A DNA stretch of 24,000 nt from Desulfatibacillum sp. (GTDB lineage Bacteria > Desulfobacterota > Desulfobacteria > Desulfobacterales > Desulfatibacillaceae), in assembly GCA_016342355.1 (NCBI GenBank), contig JAEINP010000053.1, positions 8,245 through 32,244 on the forward strand. The letters are read 5' to 3'. This document shows, in pieces, positions 6,289 through 13,237 of the stretch. Below the pieces are notes generated by a model. That model was not told where the DNA came from. It saw nothing but the letters and a program-made list of their open reading frames with translations, and made no database searches. The position numbers were made by a program, and so were the translations under genes. Each line of letters starts with the position of its first letter. Position 1 is the stretch's first letter.

Positions 6289-8958
6289 ATGAAAACCATA
6301 TATCTTGTTGACGGAAGCGCCTTCATCCATCGGGCTTTCCACGTGGTCCGGGACCTTTCCAACTCCCGGGGGCTGCCAACCAACGCCATTTTTGGGTTCA
6401 CCAAAATGATGCTCAAATTGGTGGCTGACAAAAAACCCGAATATGCCGCCATGGTATTTGACGCCAAAGGCCCCACCTTTCGCCATGACATGTTCCAGGA
6501 CTATAAAGCCAACCGTTCTGCCATGGACGAAGCCCTGGTCGTTCAAATTCCTTATATCAAGGACGTCACCCGGGCCTTTAACATGCCTATGCTGGAAATG
6601 CAGGGCTTTGAGGCCGACGACCTTATAGGCGCCCTGGCCCGGCAGGCGGAAGAAGCAGGATTTATGGTGGTCATGGTCACTAGCGACAAGGACTTCAACC
6701 AACTGGTCACCCACAAATCCGTGGTGTGGGACCCCATGAAGGACGAAACCCGCACCGTGGAAAGCATTAAGGAGACCACGGGTCTGGAGCCGCAAAGCCT
6801 TATCGAAGTCATGGCCCTTTCCGGAGACACTTCGGACAATATCCCCGGCGTCGCGGGCATCGGGCCGAAAACGGCCATCGCCCTCATCCAGGAATTCGGA
6901 AGCCTGGAAGGGGTTTACGAAAACATAGACGCCATAACCAAGAAAAAACAAAAGGAAAACCTCCTGAAATTCAAAGAGGAGGCCTATTTAAGCCGCAAGC
7001 TGGTGACAATCGACACCCATTCCCCCGTGGATTTTAACCCCGAATTCTTCCTCCTGTCAGAACCGGATTCCCCAAAACTAGCCAAACTCTTTTCCGAACT
7101 GGAATTCAGGGATCTGGTTAAGGCCTATCCGGTAAAAACCGACCTCAGCAAAAAAGAATACATCGCCATCACCAAGGCTGAGGATCTCAAAACACTGGCC
7201 GCCAACCTGGAAAAGGCGGGCATTTTTGCGGTGGATACGGAAACCACGGGCATTGATCCCATGCGGGCAGCCCTGGTGGGCATGTCCTTTTCCTATGAGC
7301 CGGACAAGGCTTATTACGTGCCCTGCGCCCATGATTATTTCGGCGCCCCGGATCACCTGTCCGTCAAGGAGGCCGTGGACATCCTGGGTCCGGTCCTGGC
7401 TAACCCGAAAATCGCCAAGGTAGGCCAGAACATCAAATACGACTGGATTATCCTGGCGCGGCATGGGGTGGATCTCCAGGGGGTTTTCTTTGACACCATG
7501 GTGGCCTCGTACCTCCTCAATCCGTCCCACAGGAGCCACGGCCTGGACCAGATCGCCATGGACCTCCTGAACCACCGCATGATCTCCTACGAGGAAGTAT
7601 GCGGCAAAGGCGCCAAGGCCATCACCTTTAACCAGGTGCCCCTGGAACAAGCAGTGCCCTACGCCTGCGAGGACGCCGACGTCACTTTCCAGATTTTTGG
7701 TATTCTCAAACCCAAACTGGAGGAAAACGGCCTTCTGGAACTTTTTGAAACCATGGAAATGCCCCTGGTCAGCGTCCTGGTAAAAATGGAGATGGAAGGC
7801 ATTACCGTGGACCCGGACCAACTCCAGGCCCTGTCCACGGAATTCCAGATAGAACTGGAAAAATCGGAAAAGGAAATCTACCTGATGGCGGGCGAGGAGT
7901 TCAATATTGCATCGCCCCAGCAACTGGGACAGATCCTTTTTGAAAAACTGGGTCTGCCCACCCAAAAGAAAACCAAAAAGAAAACCGGGTATTCCACGGA
8001 CGTCAACGTCCTAACTACTCTGGCGTCCAAGCACGAGTTGCCCGCCCTCATTCTTCGTCACAGGACCGTGGCCAAGCTGAAAAGCACCTACGTGGACGCT
8101 CTGGCCTCCCTGATTCACCCGGAAACCGGGCGGGTCCACACCTCGTTCAACCAGAACGTGACCGCCACGGGCAGGCTGAGCTCCAGCAATCCCAATTTGC
8201 AGAATATCCCCATACGCACCCCCGAGGGAAAACGCATCCGGGAGGCTTTTGTGCCCAGGCCGGGGTGGGAAATGCTTTGCGCGGACTATTCCCAAATCGA
8301 GCTACGCATCCTGGCCCATTTATCCCAGGACAAATTTCTCATTGAATTGTTTCAGCAGGGAGAGGACATTCATACGCGCACAGCCTCGGAAGTGTTTGAA
8401 CTGTTCCCCGAGTTTGTCACCGATGAAATGCGGCGGCAGGCCAAGGCCATCAATTTCGGGATTATCTACGGCATGGGGGCTTTTCGCCTTTCCAACGAAA
8501 TCGGTGTCAGCCGCAAGACCGCCCAACGGTACATCGACAACTATTTCATCTCCTACAAGGGCGTGAAGGAATTCATCGACAGAACCATCGCCCAGGCCCA
8601 CGAAACCGGTATGACCAAAACCCTGGCGGGCCGCACAAGGCCCCTGCCGGACATCAATGCCAAAAACAGGGTCTTGCAGGAGGCTGCCGAACGCATCGCC
8701 GTAAACACCCCCATCCAGGGAACCGCTGCAGATCTTATCAAGATCGCCATGATCCGGGTTCAAAACGCCCTGGAGGAAAAGGGCATGCAGACAAAAATGC
8801 TGCTGACTGTCCACGATGAATTGGTTTTCGAATCCCCGCCCGAAGAGATTTTTCAGGCTCAGATTTTGGCGGAACAACTCATGGAAGGGGTGTGGGATAT
8901 GGATGTTGAGCTGAAGGTCAATATCGAGTCGGGAAAAAGCTGGGCCGAAGCCCATTAA
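6289..8958 (+). CDS. polA: DNA polymerase I (5'-3' exonuclease, 3'-5' exonuclease and polymerase domains)
   Basis: The 889-aa product has the 5'-nuclease region (LSGDTSDNIPGVAGIGPKTA), the Exo I motif FAVDTETTG, and polymerase motifs A (LLCADYSQIELRILAH), B (RRQAKAINFGIIYGM) and C (LTVHDELVFE). Confidence 0.98.
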   Translation: MKTIYLVDGSAFIHRAFHVVRDLSNSRGLPTNAIFGFTKMMLKLVADKKPEYAAMVFDAKGPTFRHDMFQDYKANRSAMDEALVVQIPYIKDVTRAFNMPMLEMQGFEADDLIGALARQAEEAGFMVVMVTSDKDFNQLVTHKSVVWDPMKDETRTVESIKETTGLEPQSLIEVMALSGDTSDNIPGVAGIGPKTAIALIQEFGSLEGVYENIDAITKKKQKENLLKFKEEAYLSRKLVTIDTHSPVDFNPEFFLLSEPDSPKLAKLFSELEFRDLVKAYPVKTDLSKKEYIAITKAEDLKTLAANLEKAGIFAVDTETTGIDPMRAALVGMSFSYEPDKAYYVPCAHDYFGAPDHLSVKEAVDILGPVLANPKIAKVGQNIKYDWIILARHGVDLQGVFFDTMVASYLLNPSHRSHGLDQIAMDLLNHRMISYEEVCGKGAKAITFNQVPLEQAVPYACEDADVTFQIFGILKPKLEENGLLELFETMEMPLVSVLVKMEMEGITVDPDQLQALSTEFQIELEKSEKEIYLMAGEEFNIASPQQLGQILFEKLGLPTQKKTKKKTGYSTDVNVLTTLASKHELPALILRHRTVAKLKSTYVDALASLIHPETGRVHTSFNQNVTATGRLSSSNPNLQNIPIRTPEGKRIREAFVPRPGWEMLCADYSQIELRILAHLSQDKFLIELFQQGEDIHTRTASEVFELFPEFVTDEMRRQAKAINFGIIYGMGAFRLSNEIGVSRKTAQRYIDNYFISYKGVKEFIDRTIAQAHETGMTKTLAGRTRPLPDINAKNRVLQEAAERIAVNTPIQGTAADLIKIAMIRVQNALEEKGMQTKMLLTVHDELVFESPPEEIFQAQILAEQLMEGVWDMDVELKVNIESGKSWAEAH

Positions 8959-9094
8959 AAGCAAAACAGCGGAAAGCTGAAAAAGGGTGTTCCATCCGAA
9001 TAGGAGGTCTTCCGAGCAGTACGTTTTTTCGTTCGAAAGTCTGCGTAGGGGCGCCGCTTGCTGCGCCCTGTGGTTTGGTCCCCCAATCCTCGGG

Positions 9095-9126
9095 GCAGGG
9101 CAAGCCCTGCGGCTACATTGCTGTGG
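9095..9126 (+). repeat. REP-like hairpin repeat, copy 1 (forward)
   Basis: GCAGGGCAAGCCCTGCGGCTACATTGCTGTGG is 32/32 identical to 9921-9952. It contains the palindrome GCAGGGC/GCCCTGC. Confidence 0.7.
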
Positions 9127-9184
9127 TGAAATTCGCGGTGTTTCGGGCGGCTATGCCTGTTGGAATTCATAGGGGGTAAAGCAC

Positions 9185-9695
9185 ATGGCCGACAATCGGT
9201 TAACAGGCCCTTACCGTTCCCTCCGTTTAAAGAGATCCGACTATTCCCGCGCGGGAGCCTATTTCATAACCATTTGCGCCAAGGATCGGAGATGTATCTT
9301 CGGGCATATATCGAAGGAGACAATGGTTTTGGACGATTCCGGGCGGTTGGTGCATAATGCCTGGTATGAATTCCCGGAGCGGTTTCCCCGCCTGCAACTG
9401 GATGCGTTCACAATCATGCCGAAGCATGTTCACGGCATCCTGATTTTTTCTGTCAAAATAGATGGCCCGGTAAAAGGCTTAAAAATGACGTGTTTGCATA
9501 TCGCAACCTGCTGATTATATTAGGTGCGATTTTTCAAAAAAAATGACTTTTTGCATAATCATCAAAATAGTGAAATCAATAGATAGTAATGTCGATTCGT
9601 TTCAAGGCGCGAAAGGCGAGGGGTGTTTCCAGGGCCTGTCCCTTCATCTGCCCAAAATCCTTCCCATCGCAATGTAGACGCAGGGCTTGCCCTGC
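9185..9695 (+). pseudogene. Truncated, disrupted RAYT (IS200/IS605-like HUH-Y1 transposase) copy: HUH half only
   Basis: The first 88 codons differ at only 7 positions from the full-length copy at 10011 and include HVHGILIF. The frame then runs into a ~110-bp AT-rich insert and a stop at 9512-9514. The linker remnant at 9583-9695 is homologous to 10303-10413 but is 1 nt shorter, so it is frameshifted. No catalytic-Tyr half follows. Confidence 0.75.
9664..9695 (-). repeat. REP-like hairpin repeat, copy 2 (inverted)
   Basis: CCATCGCAATGTAGACGCAGGGCTTGCCCTGC. Its reverse complement matches copy 1 at about 29 of 32 positions, and it is identical to 10382-10413. Confidence 0.7.
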
Positions 9696-9819
9696 AAAAA
9701 TTGAATCCGGATTTGCCTCTCATTGGCATGGGGTTGAATTCGGCGCGAATCTTCGCCGGAGCTCAGCATGGAAATTTTTTTGGGCTATTAGGAGTCAATT
9801 TTGATAGGCATAAGTGTAT

Positions 9820-9848
9820 TTGATTTAGTGGTGTTAAAATGGTAATAT
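9820..9848 (+). promoter_or_regulatory. Candidate sigma70-type promoter reading into the full-length RAYT gene
   Basis: TTGATT (9820-9825), exactly 17 nt of spacer, then TAATAT (9843-9848), in a locally AT-rich stretch. A transcript from here would carry the forward REP hairpin in its 5' UTR. Pattern match only. Confidence 0.4.
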
Positions 9849-9920
9849 GAATTATATATGGGATCTTCCGTGACAAGAACGAGTTATCTGCTCATGTGGC
9901 ATCCGCGCCTTTCGAACAAG

Positions 9921-9952
9921 GCAGGGCAAGCCCTGCGGCTACATTGCTGTGG
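9921..9952 (+). repeat. REP-like hairpin repeat, copy 3 (forward)
   Basis: Identical to 9095-9126. It lies 59 nt upstream of the RAYT ATG at 10011. Confidence 0.7.
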
Positions 9953-10010
9953 TGACATTTGCGGTATTTTGAATGGCTATGTCGATTGGAATTACTACGG
10001 AGTAAAGCAC

Positions 10011-10802
10011 ATGGCCGACAATCGGCAAACAGGCCCTTTCCGATCCCTCCGTTTGAAGAGATACGACTATTCCAGGGCAGGAGCCTATTTCATAACCATT
10101 TGCGCTAAGGATCGGAGATGTATCTTCGGGCGCATATCGAAGGAGACAATGGTTTTGAACGATTCCGGGCGGTTGGTGCATAATGCCTGGTATGAATTGC
10201 CGGAGCGGTTTCCCCGCTTGCAACTGGATGCGTTCACAATCATGCCCAACCATGTCCACGGCATTTTGATTTTTTTCGGTGCAATAAACAAATCAGCAGA
10301 CAAGAATGCCGATCGGATTCAAGGCCCAAACGGCGAGGGAGTTTCCAGGGCCTGCATCCCTTCATCCTCCCGAAAACCTTCCCATCGCAATGTAGACGCA
10401 GGGCTTGCCCTGCCTCAGGGAAAGGCTCGTCTTTCCCTGGATAAATCCTCGGCGGAAAGACCTGATTCAGGCAAGGATAGATTGACAATGTCCCATGAAG
10501 CGCAACCCGGCTTTACCTTGGGAGACGTGGTTCGAACCTTCAAATCACTTTCCACAAGGGATATCAACCGCCAATTAAGCCGATCCGGCCCGATCTGGCA
10601 ACGCAATTATTACGAACACGTGATCCGAAACGCCCAATCCCTGAACCTCGCCAGGGAATACATTTTTAACAATTCGGCCAAATGGGCATATGATCGGGAA
10701 AGCCAGGGCATCCATCAAAATGGTTTGGGCTTTTTTAAAACCAAACTTCATTGCCCTTGCCCGGCTTTTTGCAATTCCGCGGCTTTTTGGAAATCCTCCT
10801 GA
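10011..10802 (+). CDS. REP-associated tyrosine transposase (RAYT; IS200/IS605-like HUH-Y1 family), full length, 263 aa
   Basis: The N-terminal RSLRLKRYDYSRAGAYFITICAKDR, the HUH motif MPNHVHGILIF and the catalytic-Tyr helix IWQRNYYEHVIRN, followed by AREYIFNNSAKWAYDRE, are the family signature. I chose ATG 10011 (GGAG SD 8 nt upstream; the same start is conserved in the truncated copy) rather than the ORF-track start at 9858, which reads through the REP. Confidence 0.85.
   Translation: MADNRQTGPFRSLRLKRYDYSRAGAYFITICAKDRRCIFGRISKETMVLNDSGRLVHNAWYELPERFPRLQLDAFTIMPNHVHGILIFFGAINKSADKNADRIQGPNGEGVSRACIPSSSRKPSHRNVDAGLALPQGKARLSLDKSSAERPDSGKDRLTMSHEAQPGFTLGDVVRTFKSLSTRDINRQLSRSGPIWQRNYYEHVIRNAQSLNLAREYIFNNSAKWAYDRESQGIHQNGLGFFKTKLHCPCPAFCNSAAFWKSS
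10382..10413 (-). repeat. REP-like hairpin repeat, copy 4 (inverted), inside the RAYT coding sequence
   Basis: Identical to 9664-9695. It is translated in frame as PSHRNVDAGLALP in the linker between the HUH and Tyr motifs. Confidence 0.7.
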
Positions 10803-11515
10803 GCCTTGGCGGGTTCGTTCATCTGCTGGTAGGTCAGGCCCCTAAAATAAAAAGCCTCGGCGAATTCGGGATATAACTGGATAATCCGGGAAAAATCCTC
10901 CACCGCCCCCTCGTAATCCTTGGTGCCGAACCGGATCACCCCCCGCTTCATGAGGCTTTTGTAAATGCCTTCATGGCCCAGTTCTATGGCTTTGTCCAGA
11001 TCCGGGATGGCCATGTCAAAACGTTTGAGGGCGCTCCATGCCAGGCCCCGATTGGAATAGGCCAGGCCGTTATTTGCGTCCAGGTCGATGGCCTGGGTGT
11101 AATCCTGGATGGCCTTGTCCATCTCATTCATATCGGCGTACACGTTTCCCCGGTTGATAAAGGTCGGGGCCGAGGCAGTGTCCATTTCAATGGCCTGGCT
11201 GAAATCCTCAATGGCTTCGTTGTAGCGTTTCAGGGTCCAATACACCGTACCCCGGTTGTTGAGAGCCGGGACCGCGTATTGGGGGGCATCCTTGTGCAGG
11301 TCTATGTATCGGGTGTACTGGTCGATGGCGGCCAGATATCGGCCTTTGCCTGCTGCGTCAATGGCCCGTTCAAAATAGGTTGTTCCCGGAACCGGCTCCT
11401 GGGGGGTCGGGGCCGAGGCGCAGGACGCGGCCACCATGGCGCATAGGAAGATTGCAGCCGCACGGGTTGCAAACCATGAAACAAACCGTCTGATTTGTTC
11501 GGATTTTTCCAGCAT
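10748..11515 (-). CDS. TPR-repeat protein with an N-terminal signal peptide (probable lipoprotein)
   Basis: The 255-aa product has the signal-like N-terminus RRFVSWFATRAAAIFLCAMVAASCASAP (relaxed lipobox VAASC). At least five TPR units follow (e.g. AYSNRGLAWSALKRFDMAIPDLDKAIEL, AEAFYFRGLTYQQMNEPAKAQEDFQKAAEL). I chose ATG 11515 with AGGAGG upstream. The 448-aa ORF-track extension would overlap cutA and reads as junk. Confidence 0.85.
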   Translation of the reverse strand: MLEKSEQIRRFVSWFATRAAAIFLCAMVAASCASAPTPQEPVPGTTYFERAIDAAGKGRYLAAIDQYTRYIDLHKDAPQYAVPALNNRGTVYWTLKRYNEAIEDFSQAIEMDTASAPTFINRGNVYADMNEMDKAIQDYTQAIDLDANNGLAYSNRGLAWSALKRFDMAIPDLDKAIELGHEGIYKSLMKRGVIRFGTKDYEGAVEDFSRIIQLYPEFAEAFYFRGLTYQQMNEPAKAQEDFQKAAELQKAGQGQ

Positions 11516-11761
11516 GATGATCAAGGCCTCCTGAAATCCCAGTGGATGGATCGGATTTTCCCTATCCAATATCAAAGACATGCCGCGTCTGCAAGAAAAC
11601 CTGAAATAATCATGAATTTTCGGCCTATTGGCGGTCCAAATTGCTTGACACAATGGCTCTTTGTGGTAAAGCCTGCCAGGATGAAATGGTTTACCCTGCG
11701 GTAAATAAAGGCTATCTTCAGTACGGATGGCTTTTTTTCCGGGAACAGGCTGCGGCCTGCC

Positions 11762-12097
11762 ATGGAAAAACAAGGGAATGGCGTGGACGCAATCCTTGTA
11801 TATATGACGGCTCCAAATATGGACGAGGCCCGGGCCATCGCCTCGGCCCTGGTGGAAGAACGGCTGGCCGCGTGCGCCAACGTCCTGCCCCATATGGAGT
11901 CGGTTTATCAATGGAAAGGCAAGATGGAACGCGACTCCGAGGTGGTGGTCATCGCCAAGACCAAGGCGTCTCTGGCTGATAGGCTCACGGCCCGGGTTTT
12001 GGAATTGCATAGCTACGAGGTTCCCTGTGTCGTGACCATGCCTGTCACGGGAGGCAATCCGGCGTTTTTGGCCTGGATTGACGGGGAAACCCAATAG
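11762..12097 (+). CDS. cutA: Divalent-cation tolerance protein CutA
   Basis: The 111-aa product has LVYMTAPNMDEARAIASALVEERLAACANVLPHMESVYQWKGKMERDSEVVVIAKT ... LHSYEVPCVV, the typical CutA1 fold signature. The start is uncertain because no clear SD is present. Confidence 0.88.
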   Translation: MEKQGNGVDAILVYMTAPNMDEARAIASALVEERLAACANVLPHMESVYQWKGKMERDSEVVVIAKTKASLADRLTARVLELHSYEVPCVVTMPVTGGNPAFLAWIDGETQ

Positions 12098-12182
12098 GAT
12101 TTGACTTGGCCCGCCGGTCGCCCATACCGTGCAGGCCCTCTGGTTTTATAAATGGTTATTATCAACAAGCATTGGAGGAAGC

Positions 12183-13070
12183 ATGAAGGTCACAACCGAA
12201 CAATCTGATTTCAGGTCCCAGAACGTAACCTGCGATGGGGAATTTATGTTGCCTCAGGGCGTGGAAAATCCGCCCGTGGTTATTTTGGCCCATGGCTTTT
12301 GCGGCGAAAAGGCCTTTAAATTGTATGATTACGCCCAGGTCTTCGCGGAACGCGGCATCGCTGCCTTTTTGTTTGATTATCGCGGATTCGGCAAAAGCCA
12401 GGGCGCGCCTCGCCACCATGTGAGCCCCAAAAAGCATATCCAGGACTGGAAAGCGGCTATAGAGCATGTGCGAAAATCCGGCAAGGTGAATCCCCACAAG
12501 ATCGCCCTTTGGGGCTCTTCTTTTTCCGGCGGGCACGTACTCAAGGTGGCTGCCGAAGACCGCGCTGTCCGCGCCGTGGTTTCCCAGGTTCCTTTTGTGG
12601 ACGGGTTTGATTCCCTCAGCATCTCGGGTCCCCAGTTTCTCTTGAAGAGCCTCAAGGCTATTTCCCGGGATTTGTGGGCTAAAATGACTATGGGCGACCC
12701 CATTTACATCCCGGCTATTGGCCAGCCCGGAACCCTGGCCGCCCTGAACCAGCCCGGCAACCTGGATGAATTCCTGGCTATTATGCCCGAGGATACGGAA
12801 TGGGAAAACAAGGTCACGGCCCGCAGTCTTTTGGAAGCCTCGAATTACCGTCCGGGCTTTGCCGCCGCCGAACTGGCCTGCCCGGCTTTTTTCGTGCTGG
12901 CTGAAAAGGATAACCTGTGCCTTTACGCCAGCACCAAACGCTTTGCCAAGTCGGCCATCTACGGCGAAATCCTGAGCCTGCCCGTGGGTCATTTTGACGT
13001 GTACGCGGGCGACATGTTCGATAAGGTCGCCAATGCTGAAGCGGATTTCCTGGAAAAAGTCCTGGCATAA
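12183..13070 (+). CDS. Alpha/beta-fold hydrolase
   Basis: The nucleophile elbow is LWGSSFSGGH (GxSxG) and oxyanion-region sequences VVILAHGF and FDYRGFGKS are present. The putative acid is in LAEKDNL and the His in PVGHFD. I prefer ATG 12183 (GGAGGA SD 12174-12179) over GTG 12129. Confidence 0.8.
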   Translation: MKVTTEQSDFRSQNVTCDGEFMLPQGVENPPVVILAHGFCGEKAFKLYDYAQVFAERGIAAFLFDYRGFGKSQGAPRHHVSPKKHIQDWKAAIEHVRKSGKVNPHKIALWGSSFSGGHVLKVAAEDRAVRAVVSQVPFVDGFDSLSISGPQFLLKSLKAISRDLWAKMTMGDPIYIPAIGQPGTLAALNQPGNLDEFLAIMPEDTEWENKVTARSLLEASNYRPGFAAAELACPAFFVLAEKDNLCLYASTKRFAKSAIYGEILSLPVGHFDVYAGDMFDKVANAEADFLEKVLA

Positions 13071-13108
13071 GAGACATCACGCCCGCATGACGGGTTGAAA
13101 CACAAGCC

Positions 13109-13152
13109 GGAGCCCGGGAAGGCGCCATTTCCTCCCGGGCTCCCGCCATTTT
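13109..13152 (+). terminator. Possible terminator or stem-loop after the first hydrolase gene
   Basis: GGAGCCCGGGAAGG (13109-13122) pairs with CCTCCCGGGCTCC (13131-13143) with one bulge. It is followed by CGCCATTTT, so the T-run is short and not immediately adjacent. Confidence 0.35.
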
Positions 13153-13237
13153 CCCTACAACCAACCTCTCCCGCTCGAAACACACAAAGCAATCCAAAAG
13201 AAGCGGAAGAATAATCTATCCGAAAAGGGGCGCAGCC

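Larger units (their letters stand above)
9095..10802 (+). mobile_element. REP/RAYT island: one truncated and one full-length REP-associated tyrosine transposase gene, with four copies of a 32-nt hairpin repeat
   Basis: Two directly repeated blocks (9095-9695 and 9921-10413) are each bounded by inverted copies of a GCAGGGC-AA-GCCCTGC hairpin repeat. AT-rich non-coding stretches lie between them. The island fills the whole polA-TPR intergenic space. Confidence 0.65.

Noticed and set aside
6217-8964. Minus-strand ORFs of 244, 295 and 214 aa antisense to polA
   Set aside because: Same reasoning: the sequences read as junk, they lie entirely inside an unambiguous polA frame, and they have no SD or start context.
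9007-9094. Weak similarity between the regions upstream of the two forward REPs (GGTCTTCCGAGCA versus GGATCTTCCGTGACA; TTCGAAAG versus TTCGAACAAG at 9862-9920)
   Set aside because: The matches are short and need several gaps, so by eye they fall within chance expectation for windows of this size. I flag this because, if real, it would weaken the claim that homology stops at the hairpin.
9481-9503. TTTGCATA elements, considered as possible sigma54 -12 boxes
   Set aside because: No GG element occurs at the required 12-nt upstream distance: TGACGTGTTTGCAT has the wrong spacing and lacks the GG.
9858-10010. An upstream extension of the RAYT ORF (ORF-track start at 9858)
   Set aside because: The extension is a translation of the REP hairpin and the 5' UTR. 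Both RAYT copies share the conserved MADNR start with an SD-like element 8 nt upstream.
10527-10541. A GGTTCGAACC motif resembling a tRNA T-loop
   Set aside because: The flanking bases cannot form a T-stem or an acceptor stem, and the motif lies inside the RAYT coding frame (VVRTFKS).
11665-11705. Mutually exclusive GGTAAA / TTTACC / GGTAAA pairings in the cutA leader that look like a switch
   Set aside because: The helices are only 6 bp and AU-rich, there is no terminator or SD-sequestering logic, and a chance occurrence is plausible.
11516-12094. An N-terminal extension that would make the TPR ORF 448 aa
   Set aside because: The extension overlaps cutA on the opposite strand and reads as non-protein-like. 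ATG 11515 is preceded by AGGAGG and opens directly into a signal peptide.
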